Below the pieces are notes generated by a model. That model saw only the letters and a list, made by a program, of their open reading frames with translations. It had not been told where the DNA came from and did not search any database. A program made the translations under genes and the position numbers. From Candidatus Methanomethylophilaceae archaeon (GTDB lineage Archaea; Thermoplasmatota; Thermoplasmata; Methanomassiliicoccales; Methanomethylophilaceae): a stretch of DNA of 64,000 nt. Numbering within the stretch: position 1 is the stretch's first letter; each line of letters begins with the position of its first letter. Of this stretch, positions 17,981 to 28,455 are shown one piece after another. The DNA lies in contig JARRCN010000004.1 in NCBI GenBank assembly GCA_029982165.1, positions 8,018 through 72,017 of the forward strand. Reading direction: 5' to 3'.

Positions 17981-20514
17981 TCGCTTTCCATGACTGTTTT
18001 TCCAGAGAAATGATTTCTCTTTGAGAGTTGCGATATAATCGCTTCGCTCAACCATCGGAAGCGACCGGCTCTCAATAGACTGCGAGCGCTAAGGAACCAT
18101 AACGATACCATGCCGGTGATGAAGAAGAAATCGATATATCGCAAAGGTGTAATGCCAGCTACGTACATAGCAGCATCGATCCTGAAGATGACAGCGAAGA
18201 CGAGATAAAGAAGGAAGACCAATACCACCGGCTTCCAGTCCCCGTGCACAGACCCGTCTACTGAGAACCATCTGTTGAATGGGGCTGCGAGAAGAACGAG
18301 TGTAATACCTGCTAGTGTACAGAAGAACACAAGTGCATTTCTTGCGGCCAGCTCGGCCGTTAGATACAATACCGTCGGCTCTGTGGAGCCGGCATATTCG
18401 AGAAACCACGCGTTCTCGAGTTGTTCGGCTGTGAAAGTGATACTTATTACGCCGGACACGACTCCCAAATAGTAAAGGGAGTAGACAATACAGGCAAATA
18501 CCGCAATGCTAAGGGCTGCAGGTACGGCAAAACGAAGTACTATGGGTAGGATGTCCCCCTCAGTCTTCCTGGGTTTGGCCCATACCGTCATGAGGAATGC
18601 CGGTATGGATAGTGAGACAAATGCGTAATATGCATTATTTGTAGGGAGCATAGGGACCGTCTGGAAAACGAAAAGGGTGAACGCTATAATAAAGGCAAGA
18701 ACAAAATTCCTAGCAAGATAAAGGCGCAGGATGCTCCTCATTCCTGTAGTTATCCTGCGGCCCTCTATCAGGGCTGCTGGGAGGGCGGAGAAGCGGTCGT
18801 CGAGTAGGATCATATCGGCCACCCCGCGTGCCGCTCCTGAACCGCTTTGTAGGGCCACCCCCACATTAGCTGTCTTCAGCGATCGAACATCATTAACGCC
18901 ATCGCCTACCATGGCCACATATCTTCCCTGGGATTTCAGCCCATCTATTATGCGCTCTTTATGTTCAGGGCGCATACGGCCAAATATATTCGTTTCCGCA
19001 ACGGTGGAGGGAAACTCCTCAGCTCCGATGGCATCGAGTTCGTCACCGGATATAATCTTCCGGGTGCCAGGGATACCCGCTAGGCTGAATAAAGCGTCCA
19101 CCGTTACAGGGTCGTCACCGGAGATGATCTTTATGTCCATGTTATTATCTATAAAGGTCTGGATTGTTTGAGCACAATCGGGGCGTATTTCATCGCGTAT
19201 GGCGATCAAGGCTAGAGGTGTAAGGGGTGGTACGACGTCTTTTTCGTTTTTGTAAAGATCATTGTCTTGACCTTTGGCTAAAAGCATGACCCTAAGACCC
19301 TGGGCAGCAAGCTCCATTACCTTCTTGGAAACATCTGAATTCCATCGACAATGTTTCTGCAGAACGTCATACGCACCAAGGAAGAGGACCAATTTTTCTT
19401 CTCCGTTGTCGTAGCGTATGGCGCTGTATTTTCTTTGGGATGTGAACGGTATTTCATCGATGAGCTCTCCTTTGCCGTTGGTGTGTTTCTCCAATATGGC
19501 TTTTATGGTTCTGTTTTTGGAGCCTGTTAGGGCGGCAAAATCAGCCAGGTATCGTCCAGGATCCTCATTGCTCAATGGGATAACGGTATCGAGCACCAGA
19601 TTGTTTGTCGTTATTGTTCCAGTTTTGTCCATGCATACGGTGTCCACGTGGCTCATAGACTCCACAGCGTTGGATCGTTGCATCAATGCACCTGAGCCAG
19701 CCATGCGCAGGGCTCCCAGACTATAGGCAATAACAATTAGTAAAAAGAGAGCGACCGGTATGATATCCAGCACAACAACAACCATCTGTGTGGTATGGAT
19801 TAGAGGGATCCTGAAAATAATGGCTGACAATACAATGATGATGGAGTAAATAGCGGCGATGGCCACCAGTAGTGACACTATCTTTCCAGTCTGTTGCTGA
19901 AGAGGCGTCACTTTATTATCGAATTTCTTCGCCTCTGATGTCAGGCGGTTAGCATATGTTTCGTCTCCAACGGCGTTCACACGAAAACAGCCTGAACCGG
20001 CTACACAGTACGACCCTGAATAGATAGTGTCTCCCCTTTTCTTTCTCCTCGGACTGGACTCACCGGTCAGCAGCGATTCATCCATTTCCAATGAATCCGA
20101 TGTGAGGACAACTCCGTCAACTAGTGCCTGGTCTCCCACCCGGAGTAGCACGACGTCATCCATCACTATGCCTTCGGGAGGTACGGCTATCTCTTGGCTG
20201 TTGCGATATACGGTGGCATTTGGGCGAGACAGCAGAGCGATGCGATCCAAGCGGCGTTTGGCCCTTATTTCTTGAATGGTTCCTACAAGCACATTGAAAA
20301 ACACAACACCTGTAGCGGTGAGAGCCTCTAGTGCGTGGTCTAGGGCCAAGAGTATCCCACCCAAGGAGAAAAGTATCAGATTGAACCAATTGAAAACATT
20401 GGTTTTGAATATTTCTTTGTATGTGCGACTTACCTTTTGCTCGTAGGTGTTGTGCAGTCCCTTATCAATACGTTCCTGTACTTCCTCAAAGGTAAGACCA
20501 GTAGGTATGTCCAT
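17974..20514 (-). CDS. Cation-translocating P-type ATPase (HAD-IC family)
   Basis: TGES actuator motif (LTGESSP), phosphorylation site CMDKTGTITTN and hinge motif MVGDGVNDVRSLKTANVGVAL, with about 10 TM segments. Confidence 0.9.
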   Translation of the reverse strand: MDIPTGLTFEEVQERIDKGLHNTYEQKVSRTYKEIFKTNVFNWFNLILFSLGGILLALDHALEALTATGVVFFNVLVGTIQEIRAKRRLDRIALLSRPNATVYRNSQEIAVPPEGIVMDDVVLLRVGDQALVDGVVLTSDSLEMDESLLTGESSPRRKKRGDTIYSGSYCVAGSGCFRVNAVGDETYANRLTSEAKKFDNKVTPLQQQTGKIVSLLVAIAAIYSIIIVLSAIIFRIPLIHTTQMVVVVLDIIPVALFLLIVIAYSLGALRMAGSGALMQRSNAVESMSHVDTVCMDKTGTITTNNLVLDTVIPLSNEDPGRYLADFAALTGSKNRTIKAILEKHTNGKGELIDEIPFTSQRKYSAIRYDNGEEKLVLFLGAYDVLQKHCRWNSDVSKKVMELAAQGLRVMLLAKGQDNDLYKNEKDVVPPLTPLALIAIRDEIRPDCAQTIQTFIDNNMDIKIISGDDPVTVDALFSLAGIPGTRKIISGDELDAIGAEEFPSTVAETNIFGRMRPEHKERIIDGLKSQGRYVAMVGDGVNDVRSLKTANVGVALQSGSGAARGVADMILLDDRFSALPAALIEGRRITTGMRSILRLYLARNFVLAFIIAFTLFVFQTVPMLPTNNAYYAFVSLSIPAFLMTVWAKPRKTEGDILPIVLRFAVPAALSIAVFACIVYSLYYLGVVSGVISITFTAEQLENAWFLEYAGSTEPTVLYLTAELAARNALVFFCTLAGITLVLLAAPFNRWFSVDGSVHGDWKPVVLVFLLYLVFAVIFRIDAAMYVAGITPLRYIDFFFITGMVSLWFLSARSLLRAGRFRWLSEAIISQLSKRNHFSGKTVMESDQ

Positions 20515-20554
20515 CGTTAGTGTAAAGTAGTAGCTCCTTCAAGAATCTATCGAG

Positions 20555-23383
20555 TCAGTTGCCCAGCATCTCTTTTGTACGGGCTTCTATGAATTCAATA
20601 GGTAACGGATCAAAGGGCACACTATTTCCCAACGTAAGGAAATGCACCCAACACTTGACAGGTTTACCGAGTGAAGATGCAGCATGCGCATATACTGAAA
20701 GCTGAAGTTTATACTCCTCTAGATTATCTTTGGAGATGTCAGTTTTCCAATCATGGATCTCGACATGATCTTCGAACTCAGCGAAGATATCCATCCTACC
20801 CTCTATCATGTATTCACTGATAGGCAGTATGCAGGGGAGCTCGGTTGTTATCCTGCTGCCTTTGAGAGAGCTCAGGACCTCCCGTACCATATCAAGTTCA
20901 GGAAAGTCATTCCATGGCGCCATGCCGTGTGCTATTCGCTCGGCGTCGGCATGGATCTTGATACCATATTCTCGGCCGAGACCCTTCTCGATGGGTATAT
21001 GCCTAAGGATCCTATGTACACCCACCTTTCTGCGGACCATCTCCCTTTCAGGCAACTCAGGGCGCAATGTTTTTTTCTGCTCTTCTTCACAGACTAAGGA
21101 CACTGGTGTGACACTCACCTCATCTATTTTACTGTCACTAAGCGAGCTTATAAAATGTGATGGTTTATGGCAGATCATGATTATGTGTTGCATGGCTCGC
21201 GATGTGGAGACATACATGAGGCGCCGCTCTTCGTCGTAGTCCCTGTCAACAAGATTGTGAACTAGTGCATACCTCCAATCCCTGTAGACCTTTGGAAAAG
21301 GATCCCCGATCATCATTTGGGTTAATCTGACGCCATATAATGTATCGAAGCGAAGTATCCCTCTATCACCTGCACGGGATGGCATCTCCCCCTCGTTCAG
21401 ACCGGCAATGATCACCGCAGGATACTCCAGCCCTTTCGAGCTATGCATCGTCTGTATACGGATAGCATTACGGCTGGAGATCATATCTGCAGGGTAGGGG
21501 TCCATATTTGTGATGCTGTCTTCTATCAGCGTTACCATTTCCGAAAGGCTGGAGAGAGTACCACTATACAGTTGTACTAATTGTGATGTGACCGCTTGGG
21601 CCATGTCGCTCCCCATTTGGTAGCGAGCAAATATCGACGTCAAGAGTCGGTTGGTATCTTTTTGAATATCATTAAGATAAGACAGATGATCGCTAATAGC
21701 TTGGGGAAGAGGCGCATTTTTTTCTGAGAAGCGAAGTATTTCCTCATGGCTGTATCCCTCTAAATCCATAACCGCTACTCTACCCCTCTCGTCATGAGGG
21801 TTCATTAGCAAACGTAACCATGCCAGGGCCGTCTTTCCCTCACGGCTACGAAATATGTCTAGATCCCCATCCATACGCAGAGGTATCCTTAGCTCCCTCG
21901 CTCTGCGCTCGATCATATGCAGGAGGTTCCTTCTTCTACTAAGCACTGCCACATCTCCATATGAGAGGGGTCGGTCTTCATATTTTCCATCATCTATCTG
22001 TTCCCGTACGGTCAGCCCAGATTGCACCATATGCTGAGCGGCCCAGAGCACCGCATCTACCTCCGCCGCCTGATCTTCGGCTTTTAGGTATCTTATTATG
22101 CTCATCTCATCCGGTATCTCCTTAACGGAACGGAGTCTGATGAGTTTGCTGCGGATGTATTCCTTTTTCTGGGGATCCATACCGTCGTTAGAAGCGGGAA
22201 GGCAGAGGGTTCTTTCGGAAAGGCGGATGACTTTATCGGAACTTCGGTAGTTGTCCACAAGACTCAGGTGTTTTATATCCGTCACCTGAAATCGGACCCT
22301 TTCTCCCAACGAATCAACCAATATACGGATGCGTTGGTCAAATTCCAAGAGGTTTTCTATATCTGCATATCGGAATCCATAGATCCCTTGTTTCCAGTCA
22401 CCTACAACACACAGATTGGGTTCATTGAGCACTAAGAGAGCTATCAGAAACTGCAATTCATTTGTATCCTGGAACTCATCTATCATGAGATAACGGTAAG
22501 ATTCCTCTTCACGTATACGGGGGTCTTTATAAAGAGAAAGGAACGCAAAAAAGGCAACCATCGCGAATGTGAGTCTGTTCTCTGATATCGCATGGCGAAG
22601 ATATTCCGTGAAAACGTGATGGAGAAAACGAAAGAGCTCGTCCCTATCCCCATCAATAGCCTCTTTGATGAGATTCTCGTCTATAAGAGGGCCCTCCAGC
22701 AAATCATAGAAATTTGGTAGCAGCTCCTTTTCACTCCTCATCTTTTTTGCTAGGGAGACCCTGCCATCATGGTTCATCGCCTTAGCCTTTTCCATCATGC
22801 CAGCGGCATCACCGTAGAGCAGATCCATACCGTGCCTGAACCATCCGCCAGGAACGGGACAGGTACCCAATGTAAGCAGCCTAGAGATAATATCTCTAAC
22901 GTCATCAGGGCGGTCCCATAACAACTGTGCGACATCACCATAGTTCTCTCCATAGGATTCCATAAAACGAGTGTAGAACTCTCTAAAGTCCCGTCTCTCC
23001 ATGGCTTCCGATTCCATCATCCCCACATGTCTAGAGAGTCGCTCTTCAAGTCCCAGGTATTCGTGTATGCGGGAGGTGTCGCGCAGAAGGATGCTATTGC
23101 AAAACGCATCAAAGGTTGATGCCCGCACCGAATTGAGGTCCACGTCTTCTATATTTCGCATATATAGTTCGTTAACTACCCGATCTCTCATTTCCTCAGC
23201 GGCGTTCTTCGTGAAGGTAAGGAGAAATATCTCAGAGGGATCCACACCACTAAGGATGATGTTTATGAAACGATTCGTTATTGTGTATGTCTTCCCAGTA
23301 CCGGGCCCAGCATCGACCACTATGATGCCGTTGAGTGTCTCAGATATTTCCTTCTGTTTTTCGTTCAGGCATCGATCGGTCAT
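20555..23383 (-). CDS. UvrD/PcrA-type SF1 helicase fused to a C-terminal PD-(D/E)xK nuclease (AddA-like)
   Basis: Helicase motifs: DAGPGTGKT (I), LMIDEFQDTNELQ (II), VGDWKQGIYGFRYAD (III), VDNYRSS (IV), TMHSSKGLEYPAVII (V), RRLMYVSTSRA (VI). Nuclease motif: GRMDIFAEF...VEIHDWKTD. Confidence 0.85.
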   Translation of the reverse strand: MTDRCLNEKQKEISETLNGIIVVDAGPGTGKTYTITNRFINIILSGVDPSEIFLLTFTKNAAEEMRDRVVNELYMRNIEDVDLNSVRASTFDAFCNSILLRDTSRIHEYLGLEERLSRHVGMMESEAMERRDFREFYTRFMESYGENYGDVAQLLWDRPDDVRDIISRLLTLGTCPVPGGWFRHGMDLLYGDAAGMMEKAKAMNHDGRVSLAKKMRSEKELLPNFYDLLEGPLIDENLIKEAIDGDRDELFRFLHHVFTEYLRHAISENRLTFAMVAFFAFLSLYKDPRIREEESYRYLMIDEFQDTNELQFLIALLVLNEPNLCVVGDWKQGIYGFRYADIENLLEFDQRIRILVDSLGERVRFQVTDIKHLSLVDNYRSSDKVIRLSERTLCLPASNDGMDPQKKEYIRSKLIRLRSVKEIPDEMSIIRYLKAEDQAAEVDAVLWAAQHMVQSGLTVREQIDDGKYEDRPLSYGDVAVLSRRRNLLHMIERRARELRIPLRMDGDLDIFRSREGKTALAWLRLLMNPHDERGRVAVMDLEGYSHEEILRFSEKNAPLPQAISDHLSYLNDIQKDTNRLLTSIFARYQMGSDMAQAVTSQLVQLYSGTLSSLSEMVTLIEDSITNMDPYPADMISSRNAIRIQTMHSSKGLEYPAVIIAGLNEGEMPSRAGDRGILRFDTLYGVRLTQMMIGDPFPKVYRDWRYALVHNLVDRDYDEERRLMYVSTSRAMQHIIMICHKPSHFISSLSDSKIDEVSVTPVSLVCEEEQKKTLRPELPEREMVRRKVGVHRILRHIPIEKGLGREYGIKIHADAERIAHGMAPWNDFPELDMVREVLSSLKGSRITTELPCILPISEYMIEGRMDIFAEFEDHVEIHDWKTDISKDNLEEYKLQLSVYAHAASSLGKPVKCWVHFLTLGNSVPFDPLPIEFIEARTKEMLGN

Positions 23384-26004
23384 TGGTACGCCTCCAAGCA
23401 GATGTCCAGATATTCGCAGTCCTTACATACACTTGGACTGCGTGGTTTTGCCTGGAATCCCTCACCGCTGTATTTCTCAAGATCATTAAGGGCTTCTTTG
23501 ACTACTAAGAGAAAACTATCCAACACATCAGGCATTATCGCTAAGGCATTCTTGTATGGTATAATGTCCTCACTCAACCCTTCAACGACTCTATTGAACA
23601 ACCTCTCAATAGGTTTCTTCTTTCTTGTCTTTCCGGCAAACATAACACTGAACTCTTCGTAGGCCTTTTCCTTCTCCATATCTCCCTTATCTGGAACTTC
23701 CCAGACCCTTATCTTGCGAAATGCCTCAAGAACAGTTTCTGATCCCACTTCATCTATCAGATCGATTTCGGATTTATTCATAGCATTTAGATATTCGTTT
23801 ATCCACGGATTTTTTGCGGTTACCAGGCCAGCCCGGTCGGTGCCTGTATATATAACGCTGACGCGATGTTTTTCTATATCGTATTCTGTATAGTCCGAAT
23901 CGACTGGTTTCATGTAATTATAATCCATTTGCAGACGTCTGCGCGGATCGCCTTCTGACCGTAAGAGGGCAAGGTACACCAATGGCTGGACGTCTATCTC
24001 GTCACCATCCCATACGCCCTTTATTCTTCTGATGGTTTCGTTCACAGACCGTTTCTTAGCGGTCTTATGGTCCACAATCAAATTCTCAGAAACTCGAAGG
24101 TCTATCCTGCCGTTCAGTCTCAGTTCTTCATTACGTGTGTCGAATTCCGTGTTGCCTATAGTAGGTTCAAGATCAAACGCTCTGAACAGTCTGTTATAAC
24201 CTTGCCTTCTGATCTGTAGGGGTTCGACATCGTAAGACTTCAGAAAATACTCGCAATTAATCATTAATTGATCCATCTTTGCTAGGACGCTGTTAAGGGC
24301 TTTGCGGCTGTTAAGGAATGAGAGGTCATTGCGGAACACCTCTAGACACTCCCTCCTGGTCTCAGGCCCTGACCGTGATGGATAGTGAACGAGAAGCTCT
24401 GCGTATTCGTGTGCCATATTCCCGATGGTCTTTATTATGTGCTCTGGTTCAGGTGTGAGAGATGAGAACTGATACATTTTGGGGCAGAGGAGCAGTTTGT
24501 TAAGCTTACTTTGGGATATGGTGTTTAGAGTTTGCGCACTCCCCCTTCTGCGCGGAAAGAGAGATTCAGACGGGTCATCTAACCATCTGCACTCTCTCAC
24601 TTCCTCTGCCACGTCTTCAAAGTCCAGCACTGGCCGGGCTTCACTGCGATTGAAATAGATACAAGGTAGCACTTTACGCCCTTTGGATACTTTGCTTATC
24701 ATATAGAGGCGTTCCTCTCCCTGCTGGAGCAATATTTCGAAACGGGTAACTTCCTTTCCCAAAACCTCCTCAGAATCAATGTGGCGGCGGCGGGGGATGT
24801 GTTTCGCCCACTCCCTTCCTATACCAACATGGAAAACTATAGGCCGGTCTACATATGTGGATGACTTACAATCCACCAAAACGACGCCCTCGTCCTCTTC
24901 CTCGCTCATGATATCATCGCTAAGATTATCTATCGCGTAAGCGAGAGTGTCAAGCGTTCTCGGTGTCAGAGGGCTTTCGGTCATACCCAATTGTTTGAGC
25001 AGTTCGACAGCATATACCATCTCCTCATCACCCAGCAATGACATGCATGCCTGGAGCAAGGTCCCTGAAGATATCTTATGAATGTATTCCAACAGGGAAG
25101 TCAGTTCCTTGTCATTACCGCTTTCTGCTCTTCGAATAAAAAAGTGATGGTCGTATTTTGCATCGAATGATGTCGGACTTATCTCTAGATCCTTTAACTG
25201 CACACTCTTGAGCATTCTTTTCAAATCGGACATTTTAGCGGTTTCTATACCCAAACAGAAATCAAGGAACTTGAGAAGGCTTCTTATTCCCGGCATGTCG
25301 CGCATGAAGTGCTGCGATGTGAAAGATATGCATTTTTGATAAAGCGCAGACTTTACGGCCTCAAGTATTGAGCCCTCCGTATCAAGGACCACAGCTGTAG
25401 AATTGAGATTTTTTTGGTCTATAAGGTCTGCTATATGGCGGCCAATGAGCCTTTCATTTCCCATATCCATCATGAGCGGTATCTGGTATATTCCATCGTG
25501 ATAAGGCAACACCTCTCGAAAGGAACCAGGTGGCGGCAGAACATGTTTATCCAGCTCATCAAAGAGATCAAGGGCTACCACAACAACATCGATTCCTTCG
25601 AAAAAATCCAATGGGAAACGTTCCATAGCCCTCTCTACACTGGGAATTCTGCGATAGGCTTTCCAAACAAGTTCCGAATCACGTGTGTCAAGATATTTTT
25701 CAACTTGAGATGTCTCGCGGCGTATTTCTTTTATGTTCTCTATCTCACCATGAACGTATGGAATCTCTAATCCTGTGGCTTCGGAGACCTCCGCAACTAT
25801 CTTAGCCTCTGGCCACACCTCTTCCCCGAGCACTTCCAGGGCCATTCGTGAGGCCAATTCTCTGGGCGTGACGGCCAGTTTACCAATCATAGGACGATCG
25901 GCGAGACGGTTCAGAGCAGTAGCCAGAGGGGCTTGGTTGGTTATGACGAGGTCAGCCTCACCAATCTCAACAAATATCTCTTCGATGGACTTCGCTTTTT
26001 TCAT
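23380..26004 (-). CDS. AddB-like inactivated-helicase scaffold with a Cas4/AddB-type Fe-S PD-(D/E)xK nuclease
   Basis: There is no Walker A. The C-terminal nuclease core is GRIDLRV...LIVDHKTAKK, bracketed by a distal Cys (LLCPKMYQF) and C-x2-C-x5-C (CKDCEYLDIC). 4-nt overlap with the AddA-like gene. Confidence 0.75.
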   Translation of the reverse strand: MKKAKSIEEIFVEIGEADLVITNQAPLATALNRLADRPMIGKLAVTPRELASRMALEVLGEEVWPEAKIVAEVSEATGLEIPYVHGEIENIKEIRRETSQVEKYLDTRDSELVWKAYRRIPSVERAMERFPLDFFEGIDVVVVALDLFDELDKHVLPPPGSFREVLPYHDGIYQIPLMMDMGNERLIGRHIADLIDQKNLNSTAVVLDTEGSILEAVKSALYQKCISFTSQHFMRDMPGIRSLLKFLDFCLGIETAKMSDLKRMLKSVQLKDLEISPTSFDAKYDHHFFIRRAESGNDKELTSLLEYIHKISSGTLLQACMSLLGDEEMVYAVELLKQLGMTESPLTPRTLDTLAYAIDNLSDDIMSEEEDEGVVLVDCKSSTYVDRPIVFHVGIGREWAKHIPRRRHIDSEEVLGKEVTRFEILLQQGEERLYMISKVSKGRKVLPCIYFNRSEARPVLDFEDVAEEVRECRWLDDPSESLFPRRRGSAQTLNTISQSKLNKLLLCPKMYQFSSLTPEPEHIIKTIGNMAHEYAELLVHYPSRSGPETRRECLEVFRNDLSFLNSRKALNSVLAKMDQLMINCEYFLKSYDVEPLQIRRQGYNRLFRAFDLEPTIGNTEFDTRNEELRLNGRIDLRVSENLIVDHKTAKKRSVNETIRRIKGVWDGDEIDVQPLVYLALLRSEGDPRRRLQMDYNYMKPVDSDYTEYDIEKHRVSVIYTGTDRAGLVTAKNPWINEYLNAMNKSEIDLIDEVGSETVLEAFRKIRVWEVPDKGDMEKEKAYEEFSVMFAGKTRKKKPIERLFNRVVEGLSEDIIPYKNALAIMPDVLDSFLLVVKEALNDLEKYSGEGFQAKPRSPSVCKDCEYLDICLEAYQ

Positions 26005-26121
26005 ATTTCTTTATTCTCCAAACGAATGACAAATATCATTGCCTTCTATGAAAACAGTTTCGCATGGTACGGGAAGCGGTTGAGGGAAAAATTATAAATC
26101 AGATATTTTGCAGTTGTTTCT

Positions 26122-26685
26122 TTGATGGAAGATAAGATTCACGTGGTCGCTTTGTCTAAAACCGGGGAGAACGGTTTTCCTGTGGATAGTGTGGTAGAAG
26201 TGGCTATATTTGAAGTGGACCGCGAAAAACGTACAATGGAATCCGTATACGACGCAATAATAAAACATGAAACATCATCTTGGCCAGATGAAGTTAAGGA
26301 ACACGTGACGGAGAAATACGGCATACCATTGGAAAAGATTGAGTCAGGACGGGACGAAGACGAGGTAATAGCTGAAGTAAGGGCCATTCTTGATGATAAG
26401 TTCGTCACCGGTTTTGACGTAAAGACAGATTTTAAAGGGTACCTCGTGAACGAACCATGGGATCTGGGGCAGAAAATGGAAGTGTGCTCTTCAATCTCGT
26501 CCCGTAGCTCTATGATATGTCGTTTTCCGATATCCAGAAGGGGGGATCCGGAATTGGTAAGGGACACTTATCGCAAGATCTTCCCTAGTGATCCGGCAGG
26601 GATAGGTGATGGCAAAGGCGCATATGAGGATGCCGCCCGTGCTTCTGCCATTTTGATAGAGTTGCATGAACGTGGCCTCTATTAG
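26122..26685 (+). CDS. DEDD-exonuclease-like paralog with a degenerate active site
   Basis: Collinear with the 17318..17980 product: IHVVALSKTGENGFPVDSVVEVAIFEV vs VFVLDTETTGLDGWPKDHVVDVAVCRV, and AYEDAARASAILIELHERGLY vs HRALEDALMASYILIELVRRQLY. The ExoI D-x-E is replaced by A-x-S/K. Confidence 0.6.
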   Translation: MMEDKIHVVALSKTGENGFPVDSVVEVAIFEVDREKRTMESVYDAIIKHETSSWPDEVKEHVTEKYGIPLEKIESGRDEDEVIAEVRAILDDKFVTGFDVKTDFKGYLVNEPWDLGQKMEVCSSISSRSSMICRFPISRRGDPELVRDTYRKIFPSDPAGIGDGKGAYEDAARASAILIELHERGLY

Positions 26686-26773
26686 TCTGAAGGTTGTTGC
26701 AGAAAAAGGGCGTCATTCACAAACTTTATTTTGTTAGGTCATTATTAACTATTTACAGCCTCCATTATACCTT

Positions 26774-27136
26774 ATGGCAAAGAGACCATTGCTTATAACA
26801 GTCCTCGGTGCACTCTATGCGCTGATGGGTATTTTGATAGTTTTGGCCGCGATAGCGTTGTTCTTCGTAGACCTAAGTACGATCGACTCCGCTCTGGCGG
26901 ATGCGGGGGCGTTGCTCGGAGGTGGAGTACTGGTGTTTGGGTTGGTGTATCTGATAATAGGGTACGGTTTCCTGAATGGCTGGACCATCATGTGGTATCT
27001 AGGTATCATATTCTCAGCAATTGGGGCTTTGGGCTCCTTGCTTACCATTCCAACTGGGTTAGTTAGCCTCGTGATCAACGTTGTGATACTTTACTATCTG
27101 TTCCGTCCGCAGGTCAAAAGCTTTTTCAAGGTATGA
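26774..27136 (+). CDS. Small integral membrane protein (about 4 TM)
   Basis: Hydrophobicity pattern only. It has the same size and topology as the next gene. Confidence 0.5.
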   Translation: MAKRPLLITVLGALYALMGILIVLAAIALFFVDLSTIDSALADAGALLGGGVLVFGLVYLIIGYGFLNGWTIMWYLGIIFSAIGALGSLLTIPTGLVSLVINVVILYYLFRPQVKSFFKV

Positions 27137-27198
27137 CGCTACGCAGTGCGTATTACAATGATAGGAAACATTTTACCTATTTTTTCATATAACGCTCT

Positions 27199-27567
27199 GT
27201 GAAAAAGAGACCGACCCTAGTAAGCCTTACCGCTGTGATATTATTTCTTATAGGGATCGTGAGCATCCTTAGGGGATTTGTTGTGACAGGCTATAGCGAG
27301 ACCGCGCTAAGACTAGGCTCAACAACTTTGAGCATTCTCACTCTAATGATCGGTTTGGTATTGGTATTTTGTGCGGTGCTTTCACTCGCATCTGCTGTAT
27401 GGACGTGGTATATCGTTATAAGCGCATCAGTGATTGCAATGTTGGGATCGGTATGGTTCTTTCCCTATGGTATGGTACAGATCATAATGCTGATAGCAGT
27501 TATGAATTTTCTTCTCTTGCCTCAATATAAAAGATATCACGGGATCAAGATCTCATCAGAACATTGA
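27199..27567 (+). CDS. Small integral membrane protein (about 4 TM), apparent paralog or analog of the preceding gene
   Basis: Hydrophobicity pattern only. Confidence 0.45.
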   Translation: MKKRPTLVSLTAVILFLIGIVSILRGFVVTGYSETALRLGSTTLSILTLMIGLVLVFCAVLSLASAVWTWYIVISASVIAMLGSVWFFPYGMVQIIMLIAVMNFLLLPQYKRYHGIKISSEH

Positions 27568-27954
27568 CTCCCAATCTATTGAGCCGGCTTGGGCAAGCAT
27601 CCAGGCTTCTAAAGCTTGCATGACAAAACCGGCCAACCATATAAGTGCTATCAAGACCAGGCACACTATAGTAATCACAAGGAACCATCCGTAGGCCAAG
27701 GCGGCGAGGAGAAGTGTCAGAATCAGTCCCGATCCTAGAAAATACAACCCTCTCCTGCCAGCTCCTAGATATATATGCCCAAGGCCCCATATGCCCAAGG
27801 CTCCCGGTAGCAATGCTAAGAGCAGGGCGATACGAGGGTCTTTTTCTTTCTTCGTTTTTTCTCCGCCTATGCAGCGGGGAATCTCACGATAACAACCGGG
27901 GCAATTTATACTGTTTGCGGGGACCTCAGTCCCACAATACGGACATCTTCTCAT
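27556..27954 (-). CDS. Zinc-ribbon + TM2-domain-like membrane protein
   Basis: N-terminal CPYCGTEV...CPGC zinc ribbon, followed by LLALLPGALGIWGLGHIYLGAGRRG, which is like the TM2-domain G.H.fYLG motif. Confidence 0.55.
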   Translation of the reverse strand: MRRCPYCGTEVPANSINCPGCYREIPRCIGGEKTKKEKDPRIALLLALLPGALGIWGLGHIYLGAGRRGLYFLGSGLILTLLLAALAYGWFLVITIVCLVLIALIWLAGFVMQALEAWMLAQAGSIDWESMF

Positions 27955-27964
27955 GTGGTCACCC

Positions 27965-28393
27965 TCAAGCTCGTAATGGGTCCAAGCGCACTGAGAGACC
28001 CTGGAACGTAGCTACATGCCTCTCTCCATCTTTTATGATTACCTCATAAAGAGCATGATTGGCCGTTCCACTTACCTTTCTAGAGGTGGCGGTAATCAAT
28101 TTTCCCTTAACAGGACGATGATATACTATATTACAACTAAGCGCCACCCAGACATCATTCCCACGGTTACTGTCCAGTGCGAAGGCCTCATCAGCCAATG
28201 AGAAAATTGCCCCGCCGTGCCCTGTCTCTATACTATTATGTTTTCCGGACATTGACATAGAGACCGTAACTGTATCCGGGCTCATGCTCTCCAATTCTAT
28301 ACCGAGTGTCCTGACAAGTTCGCTGGACAATAGCGTTTTCGCTCTCTCTTTTGTCAGCTCTGAGACATCGGCACTGAATGCCTCTTCTCTCAT
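27965..28393 (-). CDS. PaaI/4HBT-family hotdog-fold thioesterase
   Basis: HGGAIFSLADEAFA core motif, 142 aa. Confidence 0.75.
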   Translation of the reverse strand: MREEAFSADVSELTKERAKTLLSSELVRTLGIELESMSPDTVTVSMSMSGKHNSIETGHGGAIFSLADEAFALDSNRGNDVWVALSCNIVYHRPVKGKLITATSRKVSGTANHALYEVIIKDGERHVATFQGLSVRLDPLRA

Positions 28394-28455
28394 AGCTAAC
28401 TGTGATGAACTGATACCTTAAATAACTTTGAGACAAAGGTTTTAACATCTTCAAG

